From Magallana gigas (Eukaryota), in NCBI RefSeq assembly GCF_963853765.1, contig NC_088857.1:15190001-15254000 (forward strand): a DNA stretch of 64,000 nt. The letters are read 5' to 3'. Under the pieces are notes generated by a model. That model searched no databases, was not told where the DNA came from, and was given only the letters and a program-made list of their open reading frames with translations. Shown here piece after piece: positions 34,161-47,729 of this stretch. The stretch's first letter is position 1. Each line of letters opens with the position of its first letter. Made by a program: the position numbers and the translations under genes.

Positions 34161-35123
34161 TATGAATAAAAATGCGTATATATCTTTATACACTTGTATT
34201 CAAACAAAGTCATTAAATGTAATTTTTTTCAGTTCTAAGAGGATATCTGAAGCCGATCGAATTCTTTACTCGCATCTTTTATACATTCTCTTGATAAAAT
34301 GTACACCAATCTCATAATTTAATTTTCCGAAAAATAATACTCTATGAAATGTTGTCATCCAGAGATAATATGATTATAGGCCTACCAAATATTTTTATTT
34401 ATTTATTCCGTCCCTATTCCGGCGATTACGGCATGCCTTTACCTGCAGCTAGCCTTTTTCTATCAGTGACGTCGCTGTTTCCATATAAGGTCATGTCAAA
34501 ATTCGACAAACTTGTAGACTTTACATTTTGTCAATTTGTATCATGTCAGATGTGCTATTGCCGAGCCTGAAGTTACAAATGCAGAAACTACGGATTGAAA
34601 GTGTGCAAAGTTGAAGGTTTAATTAACTAATGTAAACAATAAGGTTGCAAAATGTGCATCATGCAAAGGAACTGAGTCAAATCTTACACGTGTGTATGCC
34701 CGAGTTTTATAGGTTACACGATCAGAATTACACATATTCATACTCAGGCTCACACATCAACACGATTGCATATTCGGATTTACAAGTTTACATGTCTCGA
34801 TTTTTGAACACGATTACCCTCCATACTCCTCTCTGTATGTTTGATGTTACTTGAATTGAACAGGTCGCGCCAAGTTTTTCTTATAAATATTAAAAACTGA
34901 ATTTCAATGCTTGAAGAACAACGTTGAAGACATGCCATCAGTTCTGACATAATCTGGTCAAATTGAAAACAAACAATATAAACTGTTGTCATTTTCGTCG
35001 ATAATTTCAGGGGATCACAAACGTTTTCTGACCAATCAGAGAGCGCTAACAACGTGTTTAAAATAGCCACGTTGCTAGCGAACAGAACAAACATTTTCTC
35101 TCTGCTTCGAGGTTAGTTTTAAA

Positions 35124-37264
35124 ATGGCTCAGTTCAACGGAACATGGGAGGACCGAGAAATGGACCCAAGCATGGGGCCATTCCTGGATGCAATAGGTCT
35201 GTTCTATTTGTTTGACCTTACTCTTATTGGTGCTTGACGATTGATCTTAAGTTTATCTTTTTTGCGGAGACGGGGGGGGGGGGGGGTGGGTGGTTGGGGG
35301 TTGAGGAGGGTTGGGGGTTGGATGGGGGTGGGGGTGGGGGATGGTCAGAGCGTCAACGTGCAAAACAATAGCATTCATTTAATAATTCCTGAATCGTAGC
35401 TTTAGATTTATCCAGCCTATGAATTGCATAAATAGGAACTTTATTAAGCCATGGTTCGAATTCATAAACGTTGTGATATGTCTTAAGAAATTTCTTATAA
35501 AAATGATAGATTCACTATGCACAATGTCAAACACAAGACTGAAGTTTTAATTTGAGATAATCGACGTAACTGTTGTTCAATATCGGTGAAAATATGTACA
35601 TATCAAGCAAATTTTTAGAAAGTAAAGCAGTTCAGGATGAATTAAGAATGCAGCATTTTTTTTTACTTTTGAATATGCCGGCGGGTCACTTTCACGTGGT
35701 CGCAAAACATAAACACTGCGTCATTGCAAAACTCTTATTTCAGGGCTCGGTGAATTCAAAGAAAAATACGCTGGTGCAAGAACAACGGTGACCTACGAAG
35801 TTAATGGAGACAAGTGTAAGATTTCTTATTTGACCAGCTTGTACCCTGACAAACCCATGGTCTATGACATCGAGATCGGGAAACCATTCGATGGAAAAGG
35901 CCCAGATGGATCAGATGTCAAGGTCAGCATCAACTGGGATAAACATAGATTACTGAAAACGAATTAAATTTGGCTGTGTATTCTTTTTAGCGGTTTTTTG
36001 TGAAAATTTAGTTTATCGCTAAATGACATGCATGTATATACGCCGGTTGTTCGATATGCAGTGTGTATTGTACGATATCTTAATAGCATTCAAATGAGCA
36101 TTACAGTGCTTTAAAAGTGTTCTCCGAGGTTTGATATATGTACTTGTAATATCAATCTCTGAATCCATTTCTGAAATGCCTTACTGTACGCTGATTTAGG
36201 TTGACCTCTTGGGCAAAGACTTGTCGGGACTTGTAACGATGATCAGATAAGAACTTTTTAAGGTGTGAAAAAAAGAAAATAAAGTCGCATGGGGCTAGAT
36301 CTGGAGAGTGCGGTAGATGTTGCAAGACGGTTACCTTCTTTGGCCTAGTATACGACCTCGTAACATCTCTGACCTGTAACACTTTTACACCGGAAGTTGC
36401 ATTGCTATATCATCACATGAGAAAAAATGTAAAATGAATAAAGAATCTTTTTCTTTTCTTTGTGGTTCTTTTGGCAACTACATGCCTCCTACCGAGTTAA
36501 GTTAGCCATTCTTTGTATCCAAATTTCATATCAATTCGAAATAGTGAACCCTTTGGTTCGTCATCAGTAACAATATTTGCGCATTGTTTTTGATTGAATT
36601 TGACTTTAAATAATGAAAAGTGTTCAATAGAGCTATTCAAGAGTATCACCATCCACTAAATCCGTGCAAAGCGTCATTGCGCTGTGCTACAATACACATT
36701 ACATATCGAGCAATCCTCGTAATTATGCCACCATAGGGTACATTTATAGTAATACGTCAAACCTACGTTTCCTTACAGTGAAATCAATTTCCGCCAAATA
36801 TCGCTCACGATAAATATACTTAAGTCTTTATATTACAAGAACATAGAACTTTAAAATGCTAACATATTGACTTTTATTTTTGATTACGACTATGTAATGA
36901 TTGTGCATGGTATTGGTGTATCTAATCAGTTTTAATTTTCTTAATAAATACAATGTATTATTGTCCAATTTTGTCTTTCAGACTGTATTCACGGTCGTCA
37001 GTGACAGTGAAATAAGAGAGGACGAGAAGACCAATTTTGAAGACGGCAAAGATCGGTCTTTTGTCATTACACGAAAAGTTAATGGCGATGTAATGGATGT
37101 AGTAAGTATTAATATCTTACTATAAAGAGTACAACTAAATTGACAAACCGACAACTAAATAATTGTCATCAGATTCACAATTTCCATTTTTAACGTGCTT
37201 TCAGGTCGTCGAAGCTGTGTCCGCTAATGCAAAGATGACAGGGAAAATGTACAGAAAGAAGTAG
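35124..37264 (+). CDS. FABP: Fatty acid-binding protein (iLBP/FABP family), copy 1, 143 aa
   Basis: Exons 35124-35196, 35744-35922, 36982-37101 and 37205-37264, with intron phases 1,0,0, the usual 4-exon FABP layout. N-terminal signature FNGTW...FLDAIG. CCAAT box (GACCAATCAG) near 35030. Confidence 0.88.
36039..36721 (-). mobile_element. Internally deleted Mariner (Tc1/mariner) element in FABP copy 1 intron 2
   Basis: Imperfect ~34-bp TIRs (TACGCCGGTTGTTCGATATGCAGTGTGTATTGTA and the reverse complement of TACAATACACATTACATATCGAGCAATCCTCGTA), with TA at both ends. Transposase C-terminal remnant HLPHSPDLAPCDF...LKKFLSDHRYKSRQ...AFQKWIQRL. Confidence 0.9.
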
Positions 37265-37820
37265 TGGACGTACAGGGTAAAGTGACGTCAGTCGCCATGA
37301 GTAACGTGACGTCAGTAGCTTTGGCTAGGACTCTTTAAAATTAGCCTACAATAATGCAATCATGAGTTTTATGATGAATTAAAAGCGAATTAAAGGAGAA
37401 GGTAGCTAGTGCGTAAAGATTGCATGTTTTATGCATCTACCTAATAAACATGCAATTATAATTCAAGTGCTTTTTAATTGATTATTGCACACCAAGAGAA
37501 ATCATTGTTTACAAAATAAATTGTGAGGAATATGTTGTGTTTTTTATCCCAAACATTCCGAACACTTCTCTCAAATACAATTTAAAACAAGAGAAAACTC
37601 CATTAAGATTTACAACCGTTTTTAACAAACCCCATTGTCCTATTAACCTATTTGCATGTTCAGAAACGTTTAACAGGATAGTAACTTTACAGTTTTGATT
37701 GTTTCAAAGTAAGAAAAATAAGATGGAACAACATTAAACTCTGCAATGCTGTATCCAGAATTGTTTATTAAAAAAAAACCCTGTTCCAAATTATGAGAAG
37801 TGTAAAATCTAGGACGCCGT

Positions 37821-37955
37821 GACATCTCCACTTGTAAAATTTTCAAATAAAACTGCATTTTTCCTGAATTTTCCTTGCGGTCCTACGGCGATTCCATGAA
37901 TTTTACAACGCCGTGAACACGCCGTGGGGACGCAGCTTGATGTGACAGGGCCTTT
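37821..37955. mobile_element. Truncated DNA-transposon end (PIF/Harbinger-like) at the FABP1 / block A junction
   Basis: GC-rich 135-nt insert ending GTGACAGGGCCT followed by TTA. It is absent after FABP copy 2. The superfamily call is inferred only from the terminus and the TTA. Confidence 0.4.
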
Positions 37956-39755
37956 AGGTAAATGACTATCATTAGTTTGGAGGGTATATAAGAATGTGGA
38001 GTGCTTTCAAAACTTTTCTAAGCAACTAAATATCCTTTACAAACTTTTACAAACTTTAACGGACATAAAAAACCCGAGTCGATTAATACCACTTGAAATT
38101 TATACCTATTTAGACAATATCTGATCAATTCTATCAAGTCCGATATACAAGTCCGATGTGCTTAAGTTCTGATAGCGTACACATGTGTTTTACATAATCA
38201 ATAAGGACATGGTGAATACGGGAAGTTTATGTTGACACTGTGGTATCTGGTATCCAAAGAAAATCAAACAACGCTTCTCTTTTTACCTCCTAAACGCACT
38301 GAAAAGGGACGTAATCCGCTTATGCAAATTTAATGGACGCCATGTCATTGACAGGTTGAATTTTCATTTTTATCGAGTATAATTAAGAAGAAATGTTGAA
38401 GTTAAGCGGGGGATTTGAATGAAGAGTATAATGTGTTACAGTTTTAGAAATATTTCGGAAATAAAAACCTATTTACCGTGGATACCAAAATGTATCATTA
38501 TCATATATAGTGTACATGTAGAGAATTGATATAAAATATTTTAAGCTCTTTCCTTAATGAAAAAGATTATTCTTTTGATTCTGATGCAATTCATTATCAA
38601 GCCGTAATGCATTAATCCTCGTTTTGGTTCATCTTTCTCTTATCCTTGATCTGCATACATATTGTTAGGAGTCTTCCTCTTTAATCCTGCACATCTAAGA
38701 GAAAAACTGAATTCGGGTATTTAGAACAGGAATTTATTTAAATGTTTGACATCATCAAAAAATTATATTTCTCACATCTCGAAAAAATGTTTCCACAAGA
38801 TTTCTGGCACTATTTTCCCCACCAAACTCACTTAAGCAATATGGATTAGAGAAAACCCGGAGTGTTTCGGATGGTTTTATAATAGCTGTACGATATCATA
38901 TTCGTATCCCAGACAAAAACGACCCATTGCTAAATTCTTTTCAATTTTTATACGATTATCGACATTATTACGTTAACATCATCGTACATACTTGATATTT
39001 CCATAATTATACACACTCAGCTAGCTTGCACCCCCAACAATTTACATCATATAATATATACCACGTGGTACAAAGCAATGAACACGCCCATTTTAAGTTA
39101 TAATATCGTTCAAATTAGATTTGTCGCTTTATCAAGGAAAGTTGTAATTATGATTCAATAATCCATGATTAAACATGACTAATGATTTGGGGTTAGTTAT
39201 TTTACCTAAAAGCACAATCGTTTGGTTTGAACCAACAAAACAAAGTTCTTCTGATTAAAGATTACAGATGTCTTTTACAACCATATATAAAGGTTCCCGC
39301 ATGGTCTGAGTATCATGTTCTTAATATAGAGATACATGTATATTATTTACTTTTCTGAGAACAATCTTTTCAACCTTAAAATAAATTGGGCATGCTTTTT
39401 AAATTGAAAGAGGACTCTACAAACATTACGTAGCCCTGATAAAAAATGCACGATGTACAAATGTAGCTAGCTTTCAGATTGGCCAGGAATACATGTACCA
39501 GTGCCATGTATTTGGATGGTCTTTTTTTGTTATACACTGTATTTATTAAAGAAAATAAAATAGATATTTTTGAAGGACAAACAGAAATCAAAACTGTACA
39601 TGTATTTTTCAATTTTTAGTTTAGCGTAGCAGTTCGATATCATCACTTCTACACGAACTTTCATTCATAAAAACGTGGACCCCTTCTCTTCTTTTCAGTC
39701 CCTTATCAGCTTATCTATAGTTCATAATCTTATTTTTTAGGCTACATCAAACAAT
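37954..39755. repeat. Segmental duplication block A, copy 2
   Basis: Colinear with 30850-33090. Confidence 0.93.
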
Positions 39756-40307
39756 TGTATTTATCAAAATACTTTCATTTTTAAATAAGAAACATCCTAA
39801 TTAATTCTAAAATGATATGTGTAAATTTTCATTTATTTTTTCATGCTCGTCAGTAAATGCAAGAATATTGTAATAATCACTAATTGCTAGATTTGCATTA
39901 GGACATGTAAATCGTGTGACCTACTTTTTGATCCGTTGTCTCTTTATCATTATTTGCTTTTTAATCATATGATAAACCCAGCTGTTGAGTTTCGGAGTGT
40001 AATTAAAGAAAAGGAAACGCAAACTATTTTAAATCATTTTTGTAAATAGTCTTAATTCTATACATGTAAGTGATATAGTGCAAAATGAAGGACGTATTTG
40101 TTAGTTAATCTGAATGAATTTAATCGATCGTTAAACTATCTAGTCCGTACATGTTAAAGACGAGTAAGAGGTCACGTTTTAAAAAAAAAAATTGTGACTC
40201 ATGTGTCTAGACAAAGTTTTATCTCTGAACTTATTTTTAAAAAATAGTGCTTGTGCTGTGCCCAGGCAATTCTGCAATGTTAGAATAAAATCTATATATA
40301 TCCCCAC

Positions 40308-40310
<3 letters not shown>

Positions 40311-40375
<65 letters not shown>
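40311..40375. repeat. (GA)n microsatellite
   Basis: Direct reading. Confidence 0.98.
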
Positions 40376-40382
<7 letters not shown>

Positions 40383-41610
40383 ATTCGGTACTTATTGAAG
40401 AAAATCAAAGATATCTTTGTTTATATACAAACGCCAGAAGCCGTCCTGTCGCTGTTCAATAGACGCTTCCATTGTAGGTATGTTTGTTCTCTCTCCATTG
40501 TGAACACGTGAAGTTGGTATTGACATATTGAGAAGGTTGGCAAACAAACGATATCAATCCATTAAATAAATATGATCTTAATTTTCTAAATAATTGCAAA
40601 CGCCATTTATTGCTAAATTATTTTACTATAGGTCCCTTACAGTAACGATACTTTAAAAAAAAGTTTTGCTTTTTTGGTGTTAATTTATCAATGTTTATAT
40701 TTTAACGTTTAATTAGGGGGCAAGGGAATAAAAGAAGGGGTGGTTGCATGCTATTTACGGAGAAGGCTGTTGTATACTATGTACCTTTTTGCTAGCTTTT
40801 TGCTTCAGTCGTCTAGCAATTACAAGACAATGATCGTTATTTCATATAGTGTTACAGAGTGACCCTTGACATGCACAATTTATACAATACGGTTTGATCC
40901 AAACTATAGGCCTATATTTCGATCATACATGTAACTCTCGCTGATATCACGTTGAAAAGTTATGCAGCTTATGAATATTGAGCACATCAAAACTTTTCTT
41001 TAACACCTTTGGTCTAAAGTCGTAAGTTCTCTCGAAAAACAGTACATGACTGAACTTTTAAATGGACATTAAAACACTTGGTACCAATATGACAATTAGG
41101 GTGCCTCAAAAGGGAAGGAAAAAAGAAATAATGCATGTATTGCTACATGTACTAGGTCGTGGGCTGATTGTTTGTAATGTTAATGTATAAATAAAATAAT
41201 TCAAAATAGTACATTTCCATTGGTTTTCGAATTGGTTCCATATTCTTTATTTATGTTAATATATATTTTGACATCACTGGATAACTTTGCAAAAGCTTAC
41301 TATGACGTAATTAATTACTATTAATTCAAATGAAAATAAAATCCACTTTTTCCGTAAGAAAAGCTTTCTTAACAAGAACTCTTAGCATAGCTCATTGAGT
41401 TAAACATCAGTCTCCCCTGGTAACAATGCCATGATCAATAATTTTATCCCAATTTCAAATTAACAGTTCAGTTGTCATATTCGTCGATAATTTCGGGGGA
41501 TCACAAACGTTTTCTGACCAATCAGAGAGCGCTAACAACGTGTTGAAATAGCCACGCTGCTAGCGAACAAAACAAACATTTTCTCTCTCTGCTTCGAGGT
41601 CAGTTTTAAA

Positions 41611-43686
41611 ATGGCTCAGTTCAACGGAACATGGGAGGACCGAGAAATGGATCCAAGCATGGGACCATTCCTGGATGCAATAGGTCTGTTTTATTTGTTT
41701 TACCTTACTCTTATTGGTGCTTGACGATTGATCTTAAGTTTATCTTTTTTGCGGAGGGGGGTAGGGTGGGGGGGGGGGCGATGGTCAGAGCGTCAACGTG
41801 CAAAACAATAGCATTCATTTTATAATTCCTGATTCGTAGCTTTCGATTTATCCAGCCTATGAATTGCATATTGGGAACTTTAAACTGGTGATATGTCTTA
41901 AGAAATTTCTGATAAGAATGATAGATTCACCATGCACAATGTCAAACACAAGACTGAAGTTTTAATTTGAGATAATCGACATTACTGTTGCTCAATATCG
42001 GTGAAAATATGTACATATCAAGCAAATGTTTAGAAAGTAAAGCAGTTCAGGATGAATTAAGAATGCAGCATTTTTTTTACTTTTGAATATGCCGGCGGGT
42101 CACTTTCACGTGGTCGCAAAACATAAACCCTGCGTCATTGCAAAACTCTTATTTCAGGGCTCGGTGAATTCAAAGATAAATACGCGGGTGCAAGAACAAC
42201 GGTGACCTACGAGGTTAATGGAGACAAGTGGAAGATTTCTTATTTAAACAGCTTGTACCCTGACAAACCCATGGTCTATGACATCGAGATCGGGAAATCA
42301 TTCGATGGAAAAGGCCCAGATGGATCAGATGTCAAGGTCAGCATCAACTGGGATAAACATAGATGACTAAAAACGAATTAAACTTGGCTGTGTATTCTTT
42401 TTAGCGGTTTTTTGTGTAAATTTAGTTTATCGCTAAATGACATGCATGTATATACGCCGGTTGTTCGATATGTAGTGTGTATTGTACGATATCTTAATAG
42501 CATTCAAATGAGCATTAGTGCTTCAAAAGTGTTCTCCGAGGTTTGATATATGTACTAGTAATATCAATCTCTGAATTCATTTCTGAAATGCCTTACTAGC
42601 TGTACGCTGCTTAAGGTCGACCACTTGGGCACTGACTCATGGCTGAGCCAATGGCTTGTCGGGACTTGTAACGATGATCAGATAAGAACTTTTTAAGGTT
42701 TGAAAAAAAGAAGAAAAAGTCGCATGGGGCTAGATCTGGAGAGTACGGTAGATGTTGCAGTTACCTTCTTTGGCCTAGTATACGACCTCGCAACATCTCT
42801 GACCTGTAACACTTTTACACCGGAAGTTGCATTGCTATATCATCACATGAGAAAATATGTAAAATAAATAAAGAATATTTTTCTTTTCTTTGTGGTTCTT
42901 TTGGCAACTACATGCCTCCTACCGAGTTAAGCTAGCCATAATTTGTATCCAAATTTCTTATCAATTCGAAATAGTGAACCCTTTGGTTCGTCATCAGTAA
43001 CAATATTTGCGCATTGTTTTTGACTGAATTTGACTTTAAATAATGAAAAGTGTTCAATGGAGCTATTCAAGAGTATCACCATCCACTAAATCAGTGCAAA
43101 GCGTCATTGCGCTGTGCTACAATACACATTACATATCGAGCAATCCTCGTAATTATGCCACCATAGGGTACATTTATAGTAATACGTCAAACCTACGTTT
43201 CTTTACAGTGAAATCAATTTTCGCCAAATATCGCTCACGATAAATATACTTAAGTCTCTATATTACAAGAACATAGAACTTTAAAATGCTAACATATTGA
43301 CTTTTATTTTTGATTACAACTATGTAATGATTGTGCATGGTATTGGTGTATCTAATCAGTTTTAATTTTCTTAATAAATACAATGTATTATTTTGTGTTT
43401 CAGACTGTATTCACGGTCGTCAGTGACAGTGAAATAAAAGAAGACGAGAAGACCAATTTTGAAGACGGCAAAGATCGGTCTTTTGTCATTACACGAAAAG
43501 TTAATGGCGATGTAATGGATGTAGTAAGTATTAATATCTTACTATAAAGAGTACAACTAAATTGACAAACCGACAACTAAATAATTGTCATCAGATTCAC
43601 AATTTCCATTTTTAACGTGCTTTCAGGTCATCGAAGCTGTTTCCGCTAATGCAAAGATGACAGGGAAAATGTACAGAAAGAAGTAG
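41611..43686 (+). CDS. FABP: Fatty acid-binding protein, copy 2, 143 aa
   Basis: Exons 41611-41683, 42158-42336, 43404-43523 and 43627-43686. Six amino-acid differences from copy 1 (E31D, C49W, T55N, P72S, R96K, V126I); introns are colinear. Confidence 0.88.
42453..43151 (-). mobile_element. Same Mariner element in FABP copy 2 intron 2
   Basis: Same TIRs and TA ends; remnant HLPYSPDLAPCDFFFFFSNLKKFLSDHRYKSRQAIGSAMSQC. Confidence 0.9.
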
Positions 43687-44758
43687 TGGACGTACAGTGT
43701 GACGTGACGTCAGTCGCCATGAGTAACGTGACGTCAGTAGCTTTGGCTAGGGCTCTTTGAAATTAGCCTACAATAATGCAATCATGAGTTTTATGATGAA
43801 TTAAAAGCGAATTAAAAGAGAAGGTAGCTAGTGCGTAAAGATTGCATGTTTTATGCATCTACCTAATAAACATGCAATTATAATTCAAGTGCTTTTTAAT
43901 TGATTATTGTACACCAAAAGAAATCATTGTTTACAAAATAAATTGTGAGGAATGTGTTGTGTTTTTTTTATCCAAAACATTCCGAACACTTCTCTCAAAT
44001 ACAATTTAAAACAAGAGAAAACTCCATTAAGATTTACAACCGTTTTTAACAAACTCCATTGTCCTATTAAGCTATTTGCATGTTCAGAAACGTTTAACAG
44101 GGCAGTAACTTTACAGTTTTGATTATTTCAAAATAAGAAAAATAAGATGGAACAAGATTACACTCTGCAATGCTGTATCCAAAATTGTTTATTAAAAAAA
44201 AAATCCTGTTCCAAATTTTGAGAAGTGTTAAATCTAGTACATCTATCTAGAGAGAAAGAAGGAGTTGCACAATAAGAGCGGTTATGAGTGCCTAACATTT
44301 TGTTTCAATTGTACAGTGTTTTACAATACAAATCTTATTCTATTTCAGTCTTATAGACTGATCATTGGCATGCAAAATTTATACAGTGCAATTTATTCTA
44401 GGCTATTTTTTTTCCATCGAAGTGATTTTCATCGACATGTTGAAAATGTTTGTAGCTTATGAACAATGAGCACACTAGTATACAAATACTTTTAAAAAAC
44501 GGAGACTTTATTGTGAATATGCGACACAGATTTTTTTCTTCAAATCAATGTTAAAACATATAAATCCAGTATTGCAATAAAGGTGTTTTACAAAATATAT
44601 AAATTTATTGACTATTTTTTAATGATGTTCATGATATCGGTTTACTATAGTACACATGTAGTTCCTGAATCGTAGATATCCGTTTGTTGTCAAAAATGTT
44701 CAACATTCTATACACAATATGAATTTGATAAAGCGATGTAATTGACTTAAGCAGCATT

Positions 44759-44762
<4 letters not shown>

Positions 44763-44829
<67 letters not shown>
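44763..44829. repeat. (GA)n microsatellite
   Basis: Direct reading. Confidence 0.98.
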
Positions 44830-44830
<1 letters not shown>

Positions 44831-45186
44831 ATCGCTGCAAAGTCTAGCAAAAAAAAAAAAACTAACACTTTTTGTGACAAAGTTAACTAAATACATATAA
44901 TTCACATGAATCTATGATGAAGAAATAAAAGTTTCATGTAGCAAGACCTTAATTATTGAAACATGTTCATGTGGTACTGAAGATCGATACCTTTACCCCA
45001 AATTTAAAATCAACAGTTCAGCTTCATAATATTTGTCGTCGGTAATTTAAAGAAAATTATAAATATATCTGGCCAATCAGCGAGTGTTACAATGCATTTA
45101 AATTGCCACAGTGGTAGCCTAACGATCAGAACATTTTTCTCTCTGCATTGAGGTCAGTCCGACTTTAAAAAAACTGTTTTTTTAAA

Positions 45187-46583
45187 ATGGCTCAGTTCCA
45201 AGGAACATGGGAGGATCGGGAATTGGACCCAAGCGCATTGGCATTCATGGATGCAATAGGTCTGTTGATTGCTTTTCCTAAGTTTAATCGGTTCTCAATA
45301 AATTGGTCTTATCTTATTTTTTCGGGGGGGGGGGGGGGGTCAAATACATGTAATTAAAAAACAGCCATAAGAAAGTCTGTTTTCTTGTTGACACTGGTTA
45401 TATATTGACCTTTTAAATTAATAATTTGCAAATATTTGATTTGCGTATTGCGTTCATACTTTATCTTAATCATTAACAAATGATATAATGTAAGTAATGG
45501 ACAATGCCTCCGAGTTTCCAAGATATTTTAATAACCCCTGATTAAATTTTGTTTAAAAAGGCACTGAATATTCACAAGTTTGAAATTGACAGATCTAAAT
45601 AAACATGTTGTTGCTCAACACTTGTCAAAATACATTAATATCAAGCAATCATTACAAGAAAATGAACAAAACAAATCTCAAGATAGGGAATGTAGCATTT
45701 AGTGTATTTGAAAAAAAAATCCTTGCAATGCTGATGCAAAACAACTACCGTACACATTTGAACGACCCTCGTTTCAGGGCTTGGAGAATATAAAGACAAA
45801 TACAAGGATGAGAGATCAACAATGACCTACGAAATCAACGGGAACAAGTGGAAGATTACTTACTTGTCGAGCATGTACCCTGACCAACCCATGGTTTATG
45901 ACGTCGAGATCGGAAAACCATTCGATGGAAAGGGCCCCGATGGATCAGATGTCAAGGTCTGCATCATTCATGATATAATTGTGTAAATTTATAATGTTTA
46001 GCTGTGTAATATATTTAGTTGTATTAGCAGTAATCGCTAAATGGCATGCATGTATGTTTATAAATAGTAACATCTAATGACGCATTAAATCAAACATACC
46101 GCTTGTTTATAAGTTAATTTTCGCAATAAGTAGCATACGCTGTATCATATAGATACAAAGTAAAATAAGTAACATGTATATATTTAATTTTTTATGAGGT
46201 TTTGAAGTTAGTCTAAATTACTAGCTATTTACGACTATGTATTGGTAATGCCTAAAATTGAAATTGAGAAATAGTGTTTTCTTCCCAAACAATATTGTAC
46301 GGTCAAAAATTGTGTTTCAGACGACAATGACGGTCATTAGTGACAGCGAAGTAAAAGAAGACGAGAAGACCAATTTTGAAGACGGCAAAGATCGGTCTTT
46401 TGTCATTACACGAAAAATCAATGGCGATGTCATGGACGTAGTAAGTATTATTATTTAGTAAGGGTGACTAATTAAAGTTACATCAGAAAATTCACGACTT
46501 TTATTTCTTTAATCTGTTTTCAGTTCGTCGAAGCTCCGTCCTACAATGCAAAGATGACAGGGAAAATGTACAGAAAGAAGTAG
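45187..46583 (+). CDS. FABP: Fatty acid-binding protein, copy 3 (more divergent paralog), 143 aa
   Basis: Exons 45187-45259, 45778-45956, 46321-46440 and 46524-46583, with the same exon lengths and phases as copies 1 and 2. No Mariner in intron 2. Confidence 0.88.
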
Positions 46584-47729
46584 TGGACGTACAGTGTAAC
46601 GTGACGTCAGTCGCCATGAGTTACGTGACGTCAGTAGCCTTGAATATGACTCTGAAATAAGCCAACAATAATGCAATCTTGATTTATATGATGACAAAAG
46701 ACAAAGAAGATATAGCTAGTGCGTACAGATTGCATGTTTTATGCAATAATAATTCAAGTATATTTTGTTACGTTTATTGTACAAGTGAAACAATTGTTGT
46801 GTAAAATAAATTTGTGACATGTAATGAATGTGTTGTGGGTTTTTTTAATCTCAAAAATTCCAAACCCCCTTCACTCTACAATTTAAAGCTATTAAAAAGT
46901 CTTTGTTTGAATTTTTTTCCTGTCCTTTATTAATTTTTGGCAAGGTTTGATGAGACAGTACTGAACAGTTTTAATAAAATCATTAAAACCAAAATGAACT
47001 TAAAATTATACATTTGCAATGCTGAGTAATCCGAAATCGTGTATTTCAAAATTCCTGTTTCGACTATTGAAGAGGGTAAAATCTAGTACAGTTTTAACTA
47101 CGGTGGATTTAAATATCGAACACCTGAAAGCAATACTATATGTGTACTTTTCCCACATCCACAAACTTAATAGGAAATGTCAATAGCGCGCATTCAGCAA
47201 AATATTAACAAAACTAAACGCGCATGTGACCCACTTTTCCCCCTATACACAAGGTTGTTAATATATTATCTTACCGTGCATGATATTTTCTTTTTCCAAC
47301 GTTTTAAATTTTGCGTTTACTGCTATCCTGTAAATTTAAAACATGACATAACTGTAGATAGGCTTTCTGTTGAAATAATTTGATTGCATGTTGACACAAA
47401 TCTGTTGCGTACTAAGTGGTTTAGAATTACATATGTTAACATTTATTGTAGGTTGCATTTCAAAATAAATATAATAAACTACATGTACTTTCATGAATTC
47501 ACAAACAAGATGCATTTTGCAAGAGTTATTTCATGCATGGTCAATAATTAAGCGTGTTTTTAATTAACTAGCTAATAACGGTCATTGCGAAAAGGCAAAC
47601 CTTTTGCTGAAATATGGAAATAAGAGGATTATGTAATGCACCGTTTGTGCTTATCTAAAGAGGGGAAAAACTAGTACAGGTACCTGAGTTGGATTTTAAA
47701 TTTTTCCACACCGCTACAATCTAGACCTG

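Noticed and set aside
40201-40383. ERERER / SLSLSL ORFs (also 44629, 54301, 54372, 54602, 54674, 61180)
   Set aside because: Translations of (GA)n microsatellites.
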